A stretch of DNA of 64,000 nucleotides from assembly GCA_039794845.1 (NCBI GenBank), contig JAUQVK010000006.1:11105-75104 (forward strand), written 5' to 3'. Made by a program: the position numbers and the translations under genes. This DNA comes from Thermostichus sp. DRC_bins_24. Lineage in GTDB: Bacteria > Cyanobacteriota > Cyanobacteriia > Thermostichales > Thermostichaceae. This document shows, piece after piece, positions 1 through 9,329 of the stretch. Each line of letters begins with the position of its first letter. Positions within the stretch are counted from its first letter, which is position 1. Below the pieces are notes generated by a model. That model did not search any database. It was not told the DNA's origin and saw only the letters and a list, made by a program, of their open reading frames with translations.

Positions 1-93
1 GCCGCCGGGTTAGCAGCCTGTCGGCAGCGGGTGGCACAGCTTTGCCGTCGTTTCCCCCTTTACCCCCACCTGGGATAATCTCTACGGCTTGCC

Positions 94-1200
94 ATGCCCT
101 ACTTGGTCGCCTTCCTTGCTGCTGCCTGTGTGGTCTTGTGGGCAACCCCCATGGTCAAGGCAGTCGGGATCCGTAGCGGCCAGTTGGATCTACCGGATGA
201 GCGGAAAATTCACCAGCAGCCGATGGTGCGCCTGGGGGGCATCTCCATTTTTTGTGGCAATCTGGTGGCGCTGCTGCTGCTGTGGGGGGCAGGGGCATTT
301 GGGGGCCTGCGCACTGAGCAGGAATACGAAATTTGGGGGGTGACGATCGGCGGGGTTTTGTTTTTTTTGATCGGGCTGGCAGACGATCTGTTTCGGCTGT
401 CCCCCTTTTCCCGCCTGTTGATGCAGTTTGTGGTTGCCACCGCTGCTTGGGGGGTGGGGGTGCGCATCGAGTTTATCAGTCTGCCGGGATGGGGAATCTG
501 GTCGTTTCCCGTCTGGCTGAGTTTGCTGATCACCCTATTTTGGTTGGTGGGCATGGCCAATGCCATCAATTTTATGGATGGGTTGGATGGCTTGGCGGCG
601 GGGGTGTCGGGGATTGCGGCGGTGGTGATGCTGATGGTGACCTTGCTGTTGGATCGCCCTTCGGCGGCCATGATCGCGGCGGCCTTGGCGGGAGCCTGTT
701 TGGGGTTTTTGCGCTACAACTTCAATCCGGCCCAAATATTCATGGGGGATGGGGGAGCCTATTTTTTGGGGTTTACCCTGGCGGGGATTGGGGTAATCGG
801 GGTGGCCAAGGTGGTGACGACGCTGGCAGTGGCCCTGCCCTTTTGTATTTTGGCGGTGCCGATTTTGGATATGTCCACGGTGATCGTTAAGCGGCTTTCG
901 AAGGGGCAGTCTCCCTTTCACCCGGATAAGGGACATTTGCACCATCGTCTCCTCAAGGCGGGACTTTCCCAACGGCATTCGGTGCTGCTCATCTATGCCA
1001 TGACCCTCTGGGTGGGATCCTTGGCCTTGGCCTTGGCGGGCCTACCGGCGGGAGGAACCTATTTGGGGGGGGCCTCTTTGGTGCTGGGGGGAGTGGCTTG
1101 GGGGGCCTGGCAACGGCATCGCCAACGGAACAGGCGGATCCAGGAGAAGGGATCCCTGCCCCCGGGTATGAATTCGCAACGGGATTCAAAGTCTCGTTAA
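94..1200 (+). CDS. MraY/WecA-family glycosyltransferase (undecaprenyl-phosphate GlcNAc-1-phosphate transferase)
   Basis: Multi-TM protein with RKIH..P..RLGG, GLADD, NAINFMDGLDGLA, IFMGDGG and PDKGHLHHRLL motifs of glycosyltransferase family 4. Confidence 0.9.
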   Translation: MPYLVAFLAAACVVLWATPMVKAVGIRSGQLDLPDERKIHQQPMVRLGGISIFCGNLVALLLLWGAGAFGGLRTEQEYEIWGVTIGGVLFFLIGLADDLFRLSPFSRLLMQFVVATAAWGVGVRIEFISLPGWGIWSFPVWLSLLITLFWLVGMANAINFMDGLDGLAAGVSGIAAVVMLMVTLLLDRPSAAMIAAALAGACLGFLRYNFNPAQIFMGDGGAYFLGFTLAGIGVIGVAKVVTTLAVALPFCILAVPILDMSTVIVKRLSKGQSPFHPDKGHLHHRLLKAGLSQRHSVLLIYAMTLWVGSLALALAGLPAGGTYLGGASLVLGGVAWGAWQRHRQRNRRIQEKGSLPPGMNSQRDSKSR

Positions 1201-1279
1201 TCTTGGCTGGTTCTTCCCCCGGATCTGCCCAGGCTGAACTAGGGTGAAGAAAAGACCTTGTGCACTTGGATCCCTGGCC

Positions 1280-2356
1280 ATGTCTTTGTTTCCTGCGTTC
1301 TCTGCACCAAGGGCGCGCTGTTGCTCCGCAACGCTACCGCGACGGCGCGAACGGGAGCACCGCCTGTGGCCCCGTCGGCAGGTGTTGCGGAGTGGAGGGG
1401 CGGTGTTGGCCGTGGGTTGGGGACCCAAATCCCGGCGAGAGGAACGGGGAGAGCCCCTTCGCCTGGCTACCAATTGGTACGCCCAAGCCGAGCACGGTGG
1501 GTTTTACCAAGCCCTTGCCACCGGCCTTTACGAAAGCTACGGCTTGGAGGTGGAGATCCACATGGGGGGGACGGGGGTGAATGTGTTGCAGCTGCTGGCG
1601 GGGGGGGCGGCGGATTTTGTGCTGGGATCCAGCCCAGATGCCCTTGCGGCTGTGCAAGCCGGGATCCCGTTGCTGACGGTGGCGGCCTTTTTCCAAAAGG
1701 ATCCTCAGTGTTTGCTGGCGCATCCCGGGGTGGGTAACGACCATCTCCAAGACCTGCGGGGCAAACCGATTTGGGTGTCTCCGGGGGCCAACCTCACCTA
1801 CTGGCCCTTTTTGCGAGCCAAGTTCGGCTTTGGCGACGAGCAAAAGCGCCCCTACAACTTCAGCCTTGGGCCTTTTTTGCTGGACAAACAATCGGCACAG
1901 CAGGGATATGTTACCGCCGAACCTTTTCGGGTCCGTCAAGAGGGAGGCTTTGATCCGGTGGTCTTTCTGCTGGCGGACTATGGGTATTCCCCCTACGCCA
2001 CAACCCTAGAAACCACCCGTCGCTTTGCCGAACACCATCCAGAACAGGTGCAGAAGTTTATTGCAGCCTCCATCCAAGGGTGGCAAAGCTACCTGGAGGA
2101 TCCCCGCCCCGGCAACCGCCTGATCCGGCGGGATAACCCCAACATGAGCGAGGCCCTTTTGGCCTATAGCCACCAGGCTCTGAAGGACTATGGCATGCTG
2201 ACTTCAGGCGATGCAGCGACGCTGGGAATCGGCGCCATGACCCACCAACGCTGGCAAGCCTACTTTCAGGAGATGGTCGCTCTCGGGGCGGTGGAAGAGC
2301 GGCTGGAGGTGGGGCAGGCCTATACCTTAGACTTTCTCCCCAGCCGGAGCGCCTAA
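1280..2356 (+). CDS. NMT1/THI5-like ABC transporter substrate-binding protein
   Basis: TNWYAQAEHGGFYQA..G.Y...GL.V.I..GG signature; RRQVL Tat-like stretch; start uncertain (1244 GTG or 1280 ATG). Confidence 0.8.
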   Translation: MSLFPAFSAPRARCCSATLPRRREREHRLWPRRQVLRSGGAVLAVGWGPKSRREERGEPLRLATNWYAQAEHGGFYQALATGLYESYGLEVEIHMGGTGVNVLQLLAGGAADFVLGSSPDALAAVQAGIPLLTVAAFFQKDPQCLLAHPGVGNDHLQDLRGKPIWVSPGANLTYWPFLRAKFGFGDEQKRPYNFSLGPFLLDKQSAQQGYVTAEPFRVRQEGGFDPVVFLLADYGYSPYATTLETTRRFAEHHPEQVQKFIAASIQGWQSYLEDPRPGNRLIRRDNPNMSEALLAYSHQALKDYGMLTSGDAATLGIGAMTHQRWQAYFQEMVALGAVEERLEVGQAYTLDFLPSRSA

Positions 2357-2404
2357 CGAGAAGGGATCCCTTCCTCGGCCAGCCCTCTCCCCACAAACCC
2401 CGAC

Positions 2405-2923
2405 CTACATCACCGCCAAACTTTGCAACAGCGGGGATCCCTGCATGGCCAGATCGTGGCTGTGGTGCATCCGATTCGTCAGCAGGTAGGCCAAAGGAGG
2501 ATGACCGCTGAGCCGTTGCCGGGGTTGGGGCAGATGGTCATTGCCGAAATGGTGCCGATACTCCTCAGAATCAATGAAAGCATTGACCATCGCCTGAAAG
2601 CCCTGATGTACCAAAATATCGTGGTAGGCTGCCACTTCAGCTTTGTTGGCCGGGGCCCGTCCCAAAAAGTGCTTGAACCCCTGCTCCACACAACGGGTAT
2701 TGCAACCAGCACTAAAAAAGAGCCGCCGGTAAAGATGGGATCCCCCTATCTGTCGCACCAGGCGTTTAACGCCTATCCGACCCCGTAAGAACTCCTGCTC
2801 GATCTTTTCCAGTTCTCCCACTTTTTCATGCTGGTAAGGCTGACGCTCCAAAAGCTGCTGATAGGTAGCTCGTAAAAGGTTCTGCGACATTTGCGGATCC
2901 CGATGGTGCTGGCGTGACTCCAT
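2405..2923 (-). CDS. Stand-alone phycobilisome linker-domain (PBS_linker_poly) protein
   Basis: ATYQQLLERQP..., FKHFLGRAP, G..A.VNAFIDSEEYRHHFG...P..R linker motifs. Confidence 0.85.
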   Translation of the reverse strand: MESRQHHRDPQMSQNLLRATYQQLLERQPYQHEKVGELEKIEQEFLRGRIGVKRLVRQIGGSHLYRRLFFSAGCNTRCVEQGFKHFLGRAPANKAEVAAYHDILVHQGFQAMVNAFIDSEEYRHHFGNDHLPQPRQRLSGHPPLAYLLTNRMHHSHDLAMQGSPLLQSLAVM

Positions 2924-3355
2924 GACAATTGCTCCTAATCGACAAAACCGATGAAAAAATTAACTTGAGAATAAGGCAGGAAACCATCCTTAAAAGAAGA
3001 ATGAAGCTAATTCATGTCGAGAGTAAAGCCCATCCTTTCGAGTCAAAAACAGCGAAGGCTCTACTCAAGATGTATCTTAGGTGTATCTTGCTGATTGAAT
3101 TGCTTGTGGAAGTTTGCGACAAATGTTTACAATATCCACAAAGGAACCCAATTGTTTTCCGTGAATTCACTTTACGAGAGTCCGAGGCAATCAAAACTCC
3201 GTATTTACTCGTAGTTAAGGATTATTTCATTCCTATTCACAGAACTATTTGAAAAATGCAGAATACAGAAGAGGGCTGATCTGGTGATCTTGCCTCTTTG
3301 GGCAGCCCGTTCTTCCCATCATTACATGGGCTTCACGCCTGGATGGATCCCTTTT

Positions 3356-3841
3356 ATGGCTAAACAGATTCGGTTGGAGCCGCTATCTCGCATTTCTGAA
3401 GTAGATACCTACAGCAACTTGCTATCGGCAATTCTTTCGGAAGACTTACACGTTTCCAAGGAATGCAATGGACGTGGCATTTGTGCCACCTGCCACATTT
3501 ACGTCAAGGAGGGTATGGGCAGTTTGACACCCATAACTCCGCGTGAGTCGAAAACCCTGGAGGTGATCACCAGCGCCAAGCCCAACTCGCGGCTGGCCTG
3601 TCAGGCGAGGGTGGTTTCCGATGGAGTAGTGGTGGAACTGCCGCCAGGGATGTATGTCAATTCGCTGCAGGATATAGAAGTCTTGGTTGGCAGGCGAGCC
3701 GAACAAAACCTCTTGCACCCGCGTACGGGGAAAGTATTGGTGGAATGTGGCAAGGTCATCACTCGCTCAACCGTTAAACAACTGGAAAAAGAAGATTTTC
3801 GGCTGATCGGCAGTACACTGGCGCAAACTCGGGAAGCCTAA
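3356..3841 (+). CDS. 2Fe-2S ferredoxin with C-terminal extension
   Basis: CNGRGICATC...SRLACQ cysteine pattern; ATG at 3356 (MAKQIRLEP). Confidence 0.85.
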   Translation: MAKQIRLEPLSRISEVDTYSNLLSAILSEDLHVSKECNGRGICATCHIYVKEGMGSLTPITPRESKTLEVITSAKPNSRLACQARVVSDGVVVELPPGMYVNSLQDIEVLVGRRAEQNLLHPRTGKVLVECGKVITRSTVKQLEKEDFRLIGSTLAQTREA

Positions 3842-3980
3842 TCGTCTGTAATCGTCCGTATTGAGGGAGCCTAAAGCTCAGCAGTTTTAATCCCTGTCTA
3901 ACTTCAGTCAAGTAAGTCTGTTGATTCACCTTAGTATCAGCAATCAGCCTCGTCCTGAATCTATCCCCTTGGAGAGAACC

Positions 3981-4664
3981 ATGACCCCTTCTACATCTCG
4001 ACCGGATCCCCGCCCCGCCGTCACCATGCCCACAGGTCGTGACAAGCACTCCCACTACAGCTACCGCGATTTCTTCCGCTTCAATCGGGAACAAGGCACA
4101 ATCATCGACTGGAACAACACCCAAAACCTGCTGCTCAGCGAAGACTTCATCGTGGGTTTACAGACGGGATTGGAACGGGAAGTGGGGGATGCGTCTGCCG
4201 CTGTCATGTACACGATTGGCATGGATTGGGGCACGCGGGATTCGGTGCATTTCTCTCAGTGGTACGAGCGGGAGTACGGGGTCGGGGTGAAACAGGCCAA
4301 CCTTCTTTTCCTGTTGGAAACCTGGTGGTGGCCCTTTACTGCCCAGGGCTGGGGCAAGTGGGAGGTGGAAACCGAATCGAAGCAGAAGGGCTTTTTGTTT
4401 ATCAATCTGTTCGACTCGATGGTGGCGCGCACCCTGGGGGATGTGGGCAAGCCGGTTTGCCATCTCTACGCTGGGTTGTTTGCCGGGTTCTTCACGGCCA
4501 TGACTTCGCGGGAACTGGGCTGCATCGAGATCCAGTGCTACGCCATGGGGGAAACCTACTGCAAATTTCTTCTGGGTGGACAAGAACGCATTGATGCCGC
4601 CAATTTCTGGATTACGGAAGGGGCAAGCGCACGGGAGATCGAGCAACGCTTGCACCAGCTGTAA
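3981..4664 (+). CDS. V4R-domain (4-vinyl reductase-like) protein
   Basis: QGWGKW, PVCHLYAG, CIEIQCYAMGETYCKF V4R cysteine motif; GGAGAG RBS-like site before ATG 3981. Confidence 0.85.
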   Translation: MTPSTSRPDPRPAVTMPTGRDKHSHYSYRDFFRFNREQGTIIDWNNTQNLLLSEDFIVGLQTGLEREVGDASAAVMYTIGMDWGTRDSVHFSQWYEREYGVGVKQANLLFLLETWWWPFTAQGWGKWEVETESKQKGFLFINLFDSMVARTLGDVGKPVCHLYAGLFAGFFTAMTSRELGCIEIQCYAMGETYCKFLLGGQERIDAANFWITEGASAREIEQRLHQL

Positions 4665-4691
4665 TCCCTACAGTCTTTTGGAGATACTGCC

Positions 4692-4973
4692 ATGCTCACC
4701 CTGCACCCCGGCTTGGATTTAACCCAACCCCTGCTGGCCTTTTTGCAAGGGTTGAACTGGGATAACCGCCCCCTGACCCAAGCCCTGCTCGATCCAGATC
4801 TGGAGCAGGAATCTTCCGGCCAATGTCCCTTCACCCAGTCGGTGGGACAGTTTTTTGCCAGTTTCGATTGGTCGGGCACTCGTCCGCGCCCAGAACCGGT
4901 GCCGGAGCCTCCGGTGGAGGATCCCTTCACCCTTGAGGATTTCGCCGCTTTGTTTGGCGGAGCTTTGCTCTAG
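4692..4973 (+). CDS. Small acidic hypothetical protein of the V4R operon
   Basis: GGAG RBS, operon position, internal F..LNWDN / FFASFDWSG repeats. Confidence 0.7.
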   Translation: MLTLHPGLDLTQPLLAFLQGLNWDNRPLTQALLDPDLEQESSGQCPFTQSVGQFFASFDWSGTRPRPEPVPEPPVEDPFTLEDFAALFGGALL

Positions 4974-5035
4974 TCTTTGTCCGCGCCAGTGCGGGCCCAT
5001 TGCTCTCGATCCTGTTGCTTAAGGAAACCCCACCT

Positions 5036-5584
5036 ATGGATGACATTTACTCTTGGCCAGAGCGCATTGCCGATCGAGAAGGTGACTACCTGCCATCGGA
5101 TGATCTGCAAAGCCTGATCCGCTACTCTCTTTCGTTTCAAGAACGTTTGGAGATTTACCAGATTTTCCAACAACAGGAGTTGGTCTGGATCCAGAAAGTT
5201 TTGCAACAACGAGGACACACTCCAAGCTCCGATTTGCCCCCTGCCCAACGCCTCCTGGCCCGTCACTTGGCCCTCTGCTTGCGCTCCCTGGGCCTGAGCC
5301 TACTGATGGGGGATCCCTCGCAACTGCAGCAGTGGATCTGTGGAGCGATGGAACATTACCTGGGTCTACCGGAAGCCCTAGAACAGCTTCGAGCGGTCGT
5401 TGAGGGATCCCTTTCGGCAGAGCAACGGGATATGCTCGCCCCCCATTGGCAAACACTGCAGGCCGCCTGTCCTGTCTCTCAGACCGAACCTGAGATACCG
5501 GCTGCCCCCCCTCCTGTGGCTGAGGTTGAACCCGCCGCCGCCACGCCGGAGCCTGCCCTTACCTTGATGGAAATGTTTGTCTGA
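5036..5584 (+). CDS. Phycobiliprotein-like globin-fold protein lacking the CxRD cysteine
   Basis: ADREGDYLPSDDLQSL N-terminus resembles phycobiliprotein AD.EGRYL; AAGGA RBS; Pro/Ala-rich tail. Confidence 0.65.
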   Translation: MDDIYSWPERIADREGDYLPSDDLQSLIRYSLSFQERLEIYQIFQQQELVWIQKVLQQRGHTPSSDLPPAQRLLARHLALCLRSLGLSLLMGDPSQLQQWICGAMEHYLGLPEALEQLRAVVEGSLSAEQRDMLAPHWQTLQAACPVSQTEPEIPAAPPPVAEVEPAAATPEPALTLMEMFV

Positions 5585-5611
5585 ACCCCACCCTGAAGGG
5601 AGATTCCACCC

Positions 5612-6082
5612 ATGAATCTGATGCTTACTGAGCTGATGCAAAAGACTGAAGGCCGCTACCTGCAGGCAGATGAGCTGAAAACCCTGCGGGCTTACGTCGA
5701 AGGGATCCCGAAGCGGGTACGCATTTATCAGATACTCCAGGCCAAAGAAAGCGAGCTGCTGGATCGGGTAATCGAGAAGTTTCAGCCGATGTTACCCAAC
5801 TTGACCCGTCAACACGGGCACCTCGCCTGGGAGCGCTGCCGCCGTGACCTGAGCATGGTGTGGCGCTACTGCTGCATGGCCATGTTGCTCAACGACGAAG
5901 ACTACCTGCGAGACAAGTTGCTCTACTGGCTGGAGACAATCCTGAAGTCTTTTAAGATGCGCGACCAATGCCAGCCCGCCTACAAGCTGATGCTCGACTC
6001 TCTGGCCTACGTCTTGGGTGTGGAAGAGAGCGAGATGATCCGCCCCTATCTACTCTTGGCCAAATCGATGCTGGTCAGCTAA
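5612..6082 (+). CDS. Phycobiliprotein-like globin-fold protein retaining CxRD
   Basis: EGRYLQADEL..L..Y and ERCRRDLSMVWRYCCMAMLLND, resembling ACLRD..YYLRY..YAMLAGD; GGGAG RBS. Confidence 0.8.
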   Translation: MNLMLTELMQKTEGRYLQADELKTLRAYVEGIPKRVRIYQILQAKESELLDRVIEKFQPMLPNLTRQHGHLAWERCRRDLSMVWRYCCMAMLLNDEDYLRDKLLYWLETILKSFKMRDQCQPAYKLMLDSLAYVLGVEESEMIRPYLLLAKSMLVS

Positions 6083-6143
6083 GTCCTGAACCGGACACAC
6101 CTCAAAACCCGTGCCCTTCTCCGTCGCCCCTTCGAGGATACCC

Positions 6144-6845
6144 ATGACCACCCTACGAGAGATTCTGCAAGAGCAAACCTTGCCCGGACATTGCTTTAGC
6201 CCCGCCTACTACATCCGCCCCGACATCCATACCGGCCTGTTGGCAAGCAGGGGAGGATACCGATTGGCGGCCTTTCCCATGCCCCTTTTAGAGGCTCTCT
6301 ACTCCGGCTTGCGCTACGAAACCGGCCAAGCGGCCCGCGTCATTCTTTACAACTGTGGTCGTGACTGGGGAGAAGAGTTTTTCCGCCGCTTCGAGGACGA
6401 ACTCTCCCGTTACCACAACCAGCCGCTGCGAGAATTGCCGATGGGGATCCTCCTCGATGCCCTTAGCGATCTCTGGGCCACCCACGGCTGGGGTCGCCTT
6501 GAGCTGGATTTCTCCGCCGGGAATCAGGGTTTGGTGCAGGCAACGGTGCGCAACTCGGGCTTTGCTCTCGCCGCCCGTGCCAGCCTTAGGCCGGAGGACT
6601 CTTCCGCCCCACGGGAGCCCGCCGGTTATCTGGAATCCGGGGTACTGGCCAGCCTGTTCTCCTTGCTCTCGGGTCGGGATTTAATCTGTGTGCAAACCAC
6701 CTGTGAGTCCCTGGGGGCCGACCAAAACCGCTTTCTCATCGGCACCGCCCAACGGCTGCACAACTGCGAAGAATGGGTACGCAAAGGCCTTTCCCACGAC
6801 GAGATTTTGGATCGGCTCACCGCCACTCCCGAGGGATCCCGTTAG
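6144..6845 (+). CDS. Second V4R-domain protein
   Basis: LYNCGRDWG, HGWGRL, CVQTTCESLGA..NRF motifs. Confidence 0.85.
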   Translation: MTTLREILQEQTLPGHCFSPAYYIRPDIHTGLLASRGGYRLAAFPMPLLEALYSGLRYETGQAARVILYNCGRDWGEEFFRRFEDELSRYHNQPLRELPMGILLDALSDLWATHGWGRLELDFSAGNQGLVQATVRNSGFALAARASLRPEDSSAPREPAGYLESGVLASLFSLLSGRDLICVQTTCESLGADQNRFLIGTAQRLHNCEEWVRKGLSHDEILDRLTATPEGSR

Positions 6846-7579
6846 GGCAGGTAGGGCTGAAAATCTTGGGTAACCGTCAGGGTCAAGTTGGCATTGGGGT
6901 TGATCACCGCCACTTCCGGTGCCGTAACATTGCCGATTACCGCTCCGGCCGCCGCTCCCCCCAGCACCTTCTCCGTCGAGATCACCCGATTGCCAAACAG
7001 ACCTCCCAGGATCGCCCCTGCTGCCGCCCCGATCAGGGCATCTTGGACAATCGCTTCGCCAGAAGTATGGCGGGGATCCTTCTGCAGCGGGATCACCTGG
7101 CTCTGGGCGAAAAGGGGATAGGATTGCCCGTTGATCAGCAAAGACCGGGAGACAAATTGGGTACCGCCGCTCACCGGCTGAAATTGACCTTCTAAAATGG
7201 CCCCCGCCGGGACAATCATGTTGCCGTAGACATCCCGCAAGGGGGTATCCAAGCTAAGGCTGACGGCACGGGTTTCGCCGGGGGCAATCAGCAGGGTTTC
7301 GCCGGAGCGATGCACCGCCTGGATCAGATCCCCAGAGCGCAACAGCAAAGCTGTTTGTAACTGAAATTGTTGGCTGGGCTGCAGAGGCTGGGGCTGACCC
7401 AAACCACTGCCACTTTCACTGGGGGTCAGCGGGCGCGGATTAACGGGGCGCCAGCCTTCTCCGGCCGGCGGCGGCGGCAACGGAGCATTGCTCATTTGTG
7501 CCAAAACAGGCCCGGCCACCTGTACCGAGAGCAACCCACCGAGCAAAGAGGCCAACATGCGACTGGCTAGCTTGGTCAT
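6842..7579 (-). CDS. Exported hypothetical protein with C-terminal glycine zipper
   Basis: Signal peptide; IVPAGAILEGQFQPVSGGTQFV; GAAAGAILGG..VLGGAAAGA zipper. Confidence 0.7.
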   Translation of the reverse strand: MTKLASRMLASLLGGLLSVQVAGPVLAQMSNAPLPPPPAGEGWRPVNPRPLTPSESGSGLGQPQPLQPSQQFQLQTALLLRSGDLIQAVHRSGETLLIAPGETRAVSLSLDTPLRDVYGNMIVPAGAILEGQFQPVSGGTQFVSRSLLINGQSYPLFAQSQVIPLQKDPRHTSGEAIVQDALIGAAAGAILGGLFGNRVISTEKVLGGAAAGAVIGNVTAPEVAVINPNANLTLTVTQDFQPYLP

Positions 7580-7904
7580 GGTTTCACCCCCAAATCTCAC
7601 ATCTACGTTAGCTGCAAACTGGCTGAAAACCGAGAGCCAAAGCTGCTTACGACAGACTTTGTTCCCTCCAATTTTGATCAAAGCCAATCGGATGTGAAAA
7701 GGGCTACCTCAAGCGAGTAGATTCCCCTGCTCTCGGGCTCAGAAGGGAGTACGGAAAAGCGTCACGGTCATCCCGGCGGGATCCCGGCTGCCCATGCTAG
7801 ATTGAGCTTCAGATTTCAACCCCCTTCGCGTGGGGCAGAAGTTTTCTGAGCGTTCTATCCCAAACCTTTCGTCCTTCTCGTGTGGTATGAAGCGCAGCAA
7901 ATCC

Positions 7905-9134
7905 ATGTCGGGTCAACCCTCTGCCGAGGCTAAACCCCCCGTCCAACCTCCCCCATCGTTTCTGGCCGGCCTTTTTCCTTCCCCTGCGCTCAGGTCCTGG
8001 CTCTCACCGTTCCTGCTGGTGCTGGTGGGCATTGTGCTGGGGGCAGGCTTGGTGGGGGGCAAAGGGGTATCTGCCCAGACAACGGCGACCTTGTCCCAGG
8101 TAAACCTGAACTTCATCGCCGATGTGGCGCAAAAGGTGGGGCCGGCGGTGGTTCGCATCGATTCGGAACGCACGGTGCAAACGCGTGGGCCCTTCCCTGA
8201 AGAATTTTTTAGCGACCCCTTCTTTCGGGATTTCTTCGGCCAGAATATGCCTTCCATGCCCCGGCAACGGCGACAGCAGGGGACGGGCTCGGGCTTCATC
8301 ATCAGCGCCGATGGCCAGATCATCACCAATGCCCATGTGGTGGATGGCTCTGACAAGGTAACAGTAACCCTCAAAGATACTCGCAGCTTTGATGGGGAAG
8401 TGCTCGGCTCCGATCCGATCACCGATGTGGCTGTAGTGAAAATCAAGGCGGAAAATTTGCCCACTGTGCAATTGGGCCGCTCTGAAACTCTCGAGCCGGG
8501 TCAGTGGGCCATTGCCATCGGCAACCCCCTCGGTTTGGATAACACCGTTACCGCAGGGATCATCAGCGCTTTGGGCCGCTCCAGTGGGGAAATTCGGGTG
8601 CCCGACAAGCGGGTGTCTTTTATTCAGACCGATGCCGCCATTAATCCCGGCAATTCCGGCGGGCCTTTGTTAAATGCCCAAGGGGAAGTCATCGGGGTCA
8701 ATACCGCCATCATCCAAGGAGCGCAGGGTCTGGGCTTCGCCATCCCCATCGAGACGGCCCAACGGGTGGCCAACCAGCTGATCACCCGCGGCAAGGTGGA
8801 TCATCCCTATCTGGGCATTCGCATGGTGACCCTCACCCCAGAACTGAAGGAGCGCCTCAACCGGGATCCCAACAGCCGCATTTTGGTAACGGTGGATCAG
8901 GGGGTTCTCATCGGAGAAGTGGTGCAGGGATCCCCGGCAGAGCGGGCAGGCTTGCGCTCGGGGGATGTGATCCTCTCGGTGAATGGCCGTAACGTCACAA
9001 CCGCAGATCAAGTTCAACAGGAAGTGGAGCGTACCACCGTCGGGAGCACCCTGGATCTGGAAATCGAACGGGGTGGGCGTCGGCAACGCATTCGCGCCAC
9101 TACGGGCTCTTTCCCGAACCCGAACGAGGGTTGA
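7905..9134 (+). CDS. HtrA/DegP-family serine protease with PDZ domain (HhoA/HhoB type)
   Basis: [29 protein letters not shown] catalytic motifs; C-terminal PDZ. Confidence 0.95.
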   Translation: MSGQPSAEAKPPVQPPPSFLAGLFPSPALRSWLSPFLLVLVGIVLGAGLVGGKGVSAQTTATLSQVNLNFIADVAQKVGPAVVRIDSERTVQTRGPFPEEFFSDPFFRDFFGQNMPSMPRQRRQQGTGSGFIISADGQIITNAHVVDGSDKVTVTLKDTRSFDGEVLGSDPITDVAVVKIKAENLPTVQLGRSETLEPGQWAIAIGNPLGLDNTVTAGIISALGRSSGEIRVPDKRVSFIQTDAAINPGNSGGPLLNAQGEVIGVNTAIIQGAQGLGFAIPIETAQRVANQLITRGKVDHPYLGIRMVTLTPELKERLNRDPNSRILVTVDQGVLIGEVVQGSPAERAGLRSGDVILSVNGRNVTTADQVQQEVERTTVGSTLDLEIERGGRRQRIRATTGSFPNPNEG

Positions 9135-9329
9135 TGTCTCGGGGTCGGGGATTTCCTAAACCCCTGCCCATTTTCTGCCCGGGGTTGTAGTCGCTAACGG
9201 TCTCGGGATAATCATGGTTTAATGGTCGAAACTTCTTCACGAATAGCTTGCCCGGCCCAGAGCCGAAAGCCTTAGAAAACCTCAGTCGAGTCTGTCGTCT
9301 CGAAACAGGGATCCCCTTTTATCCTGCGT

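Noticed and set aside
3154..3178. CcaR G-box-like site (TTTCCG ... CTTTACGA)
   Set aside because: Half-site spacing does not match the 11-bp period of the G-box
2929..3252. 107-aa ORF in the AT-rich divergent region
   Set aside because: TTG start, atypical composition, no motifs; more plausibly promoter DNA
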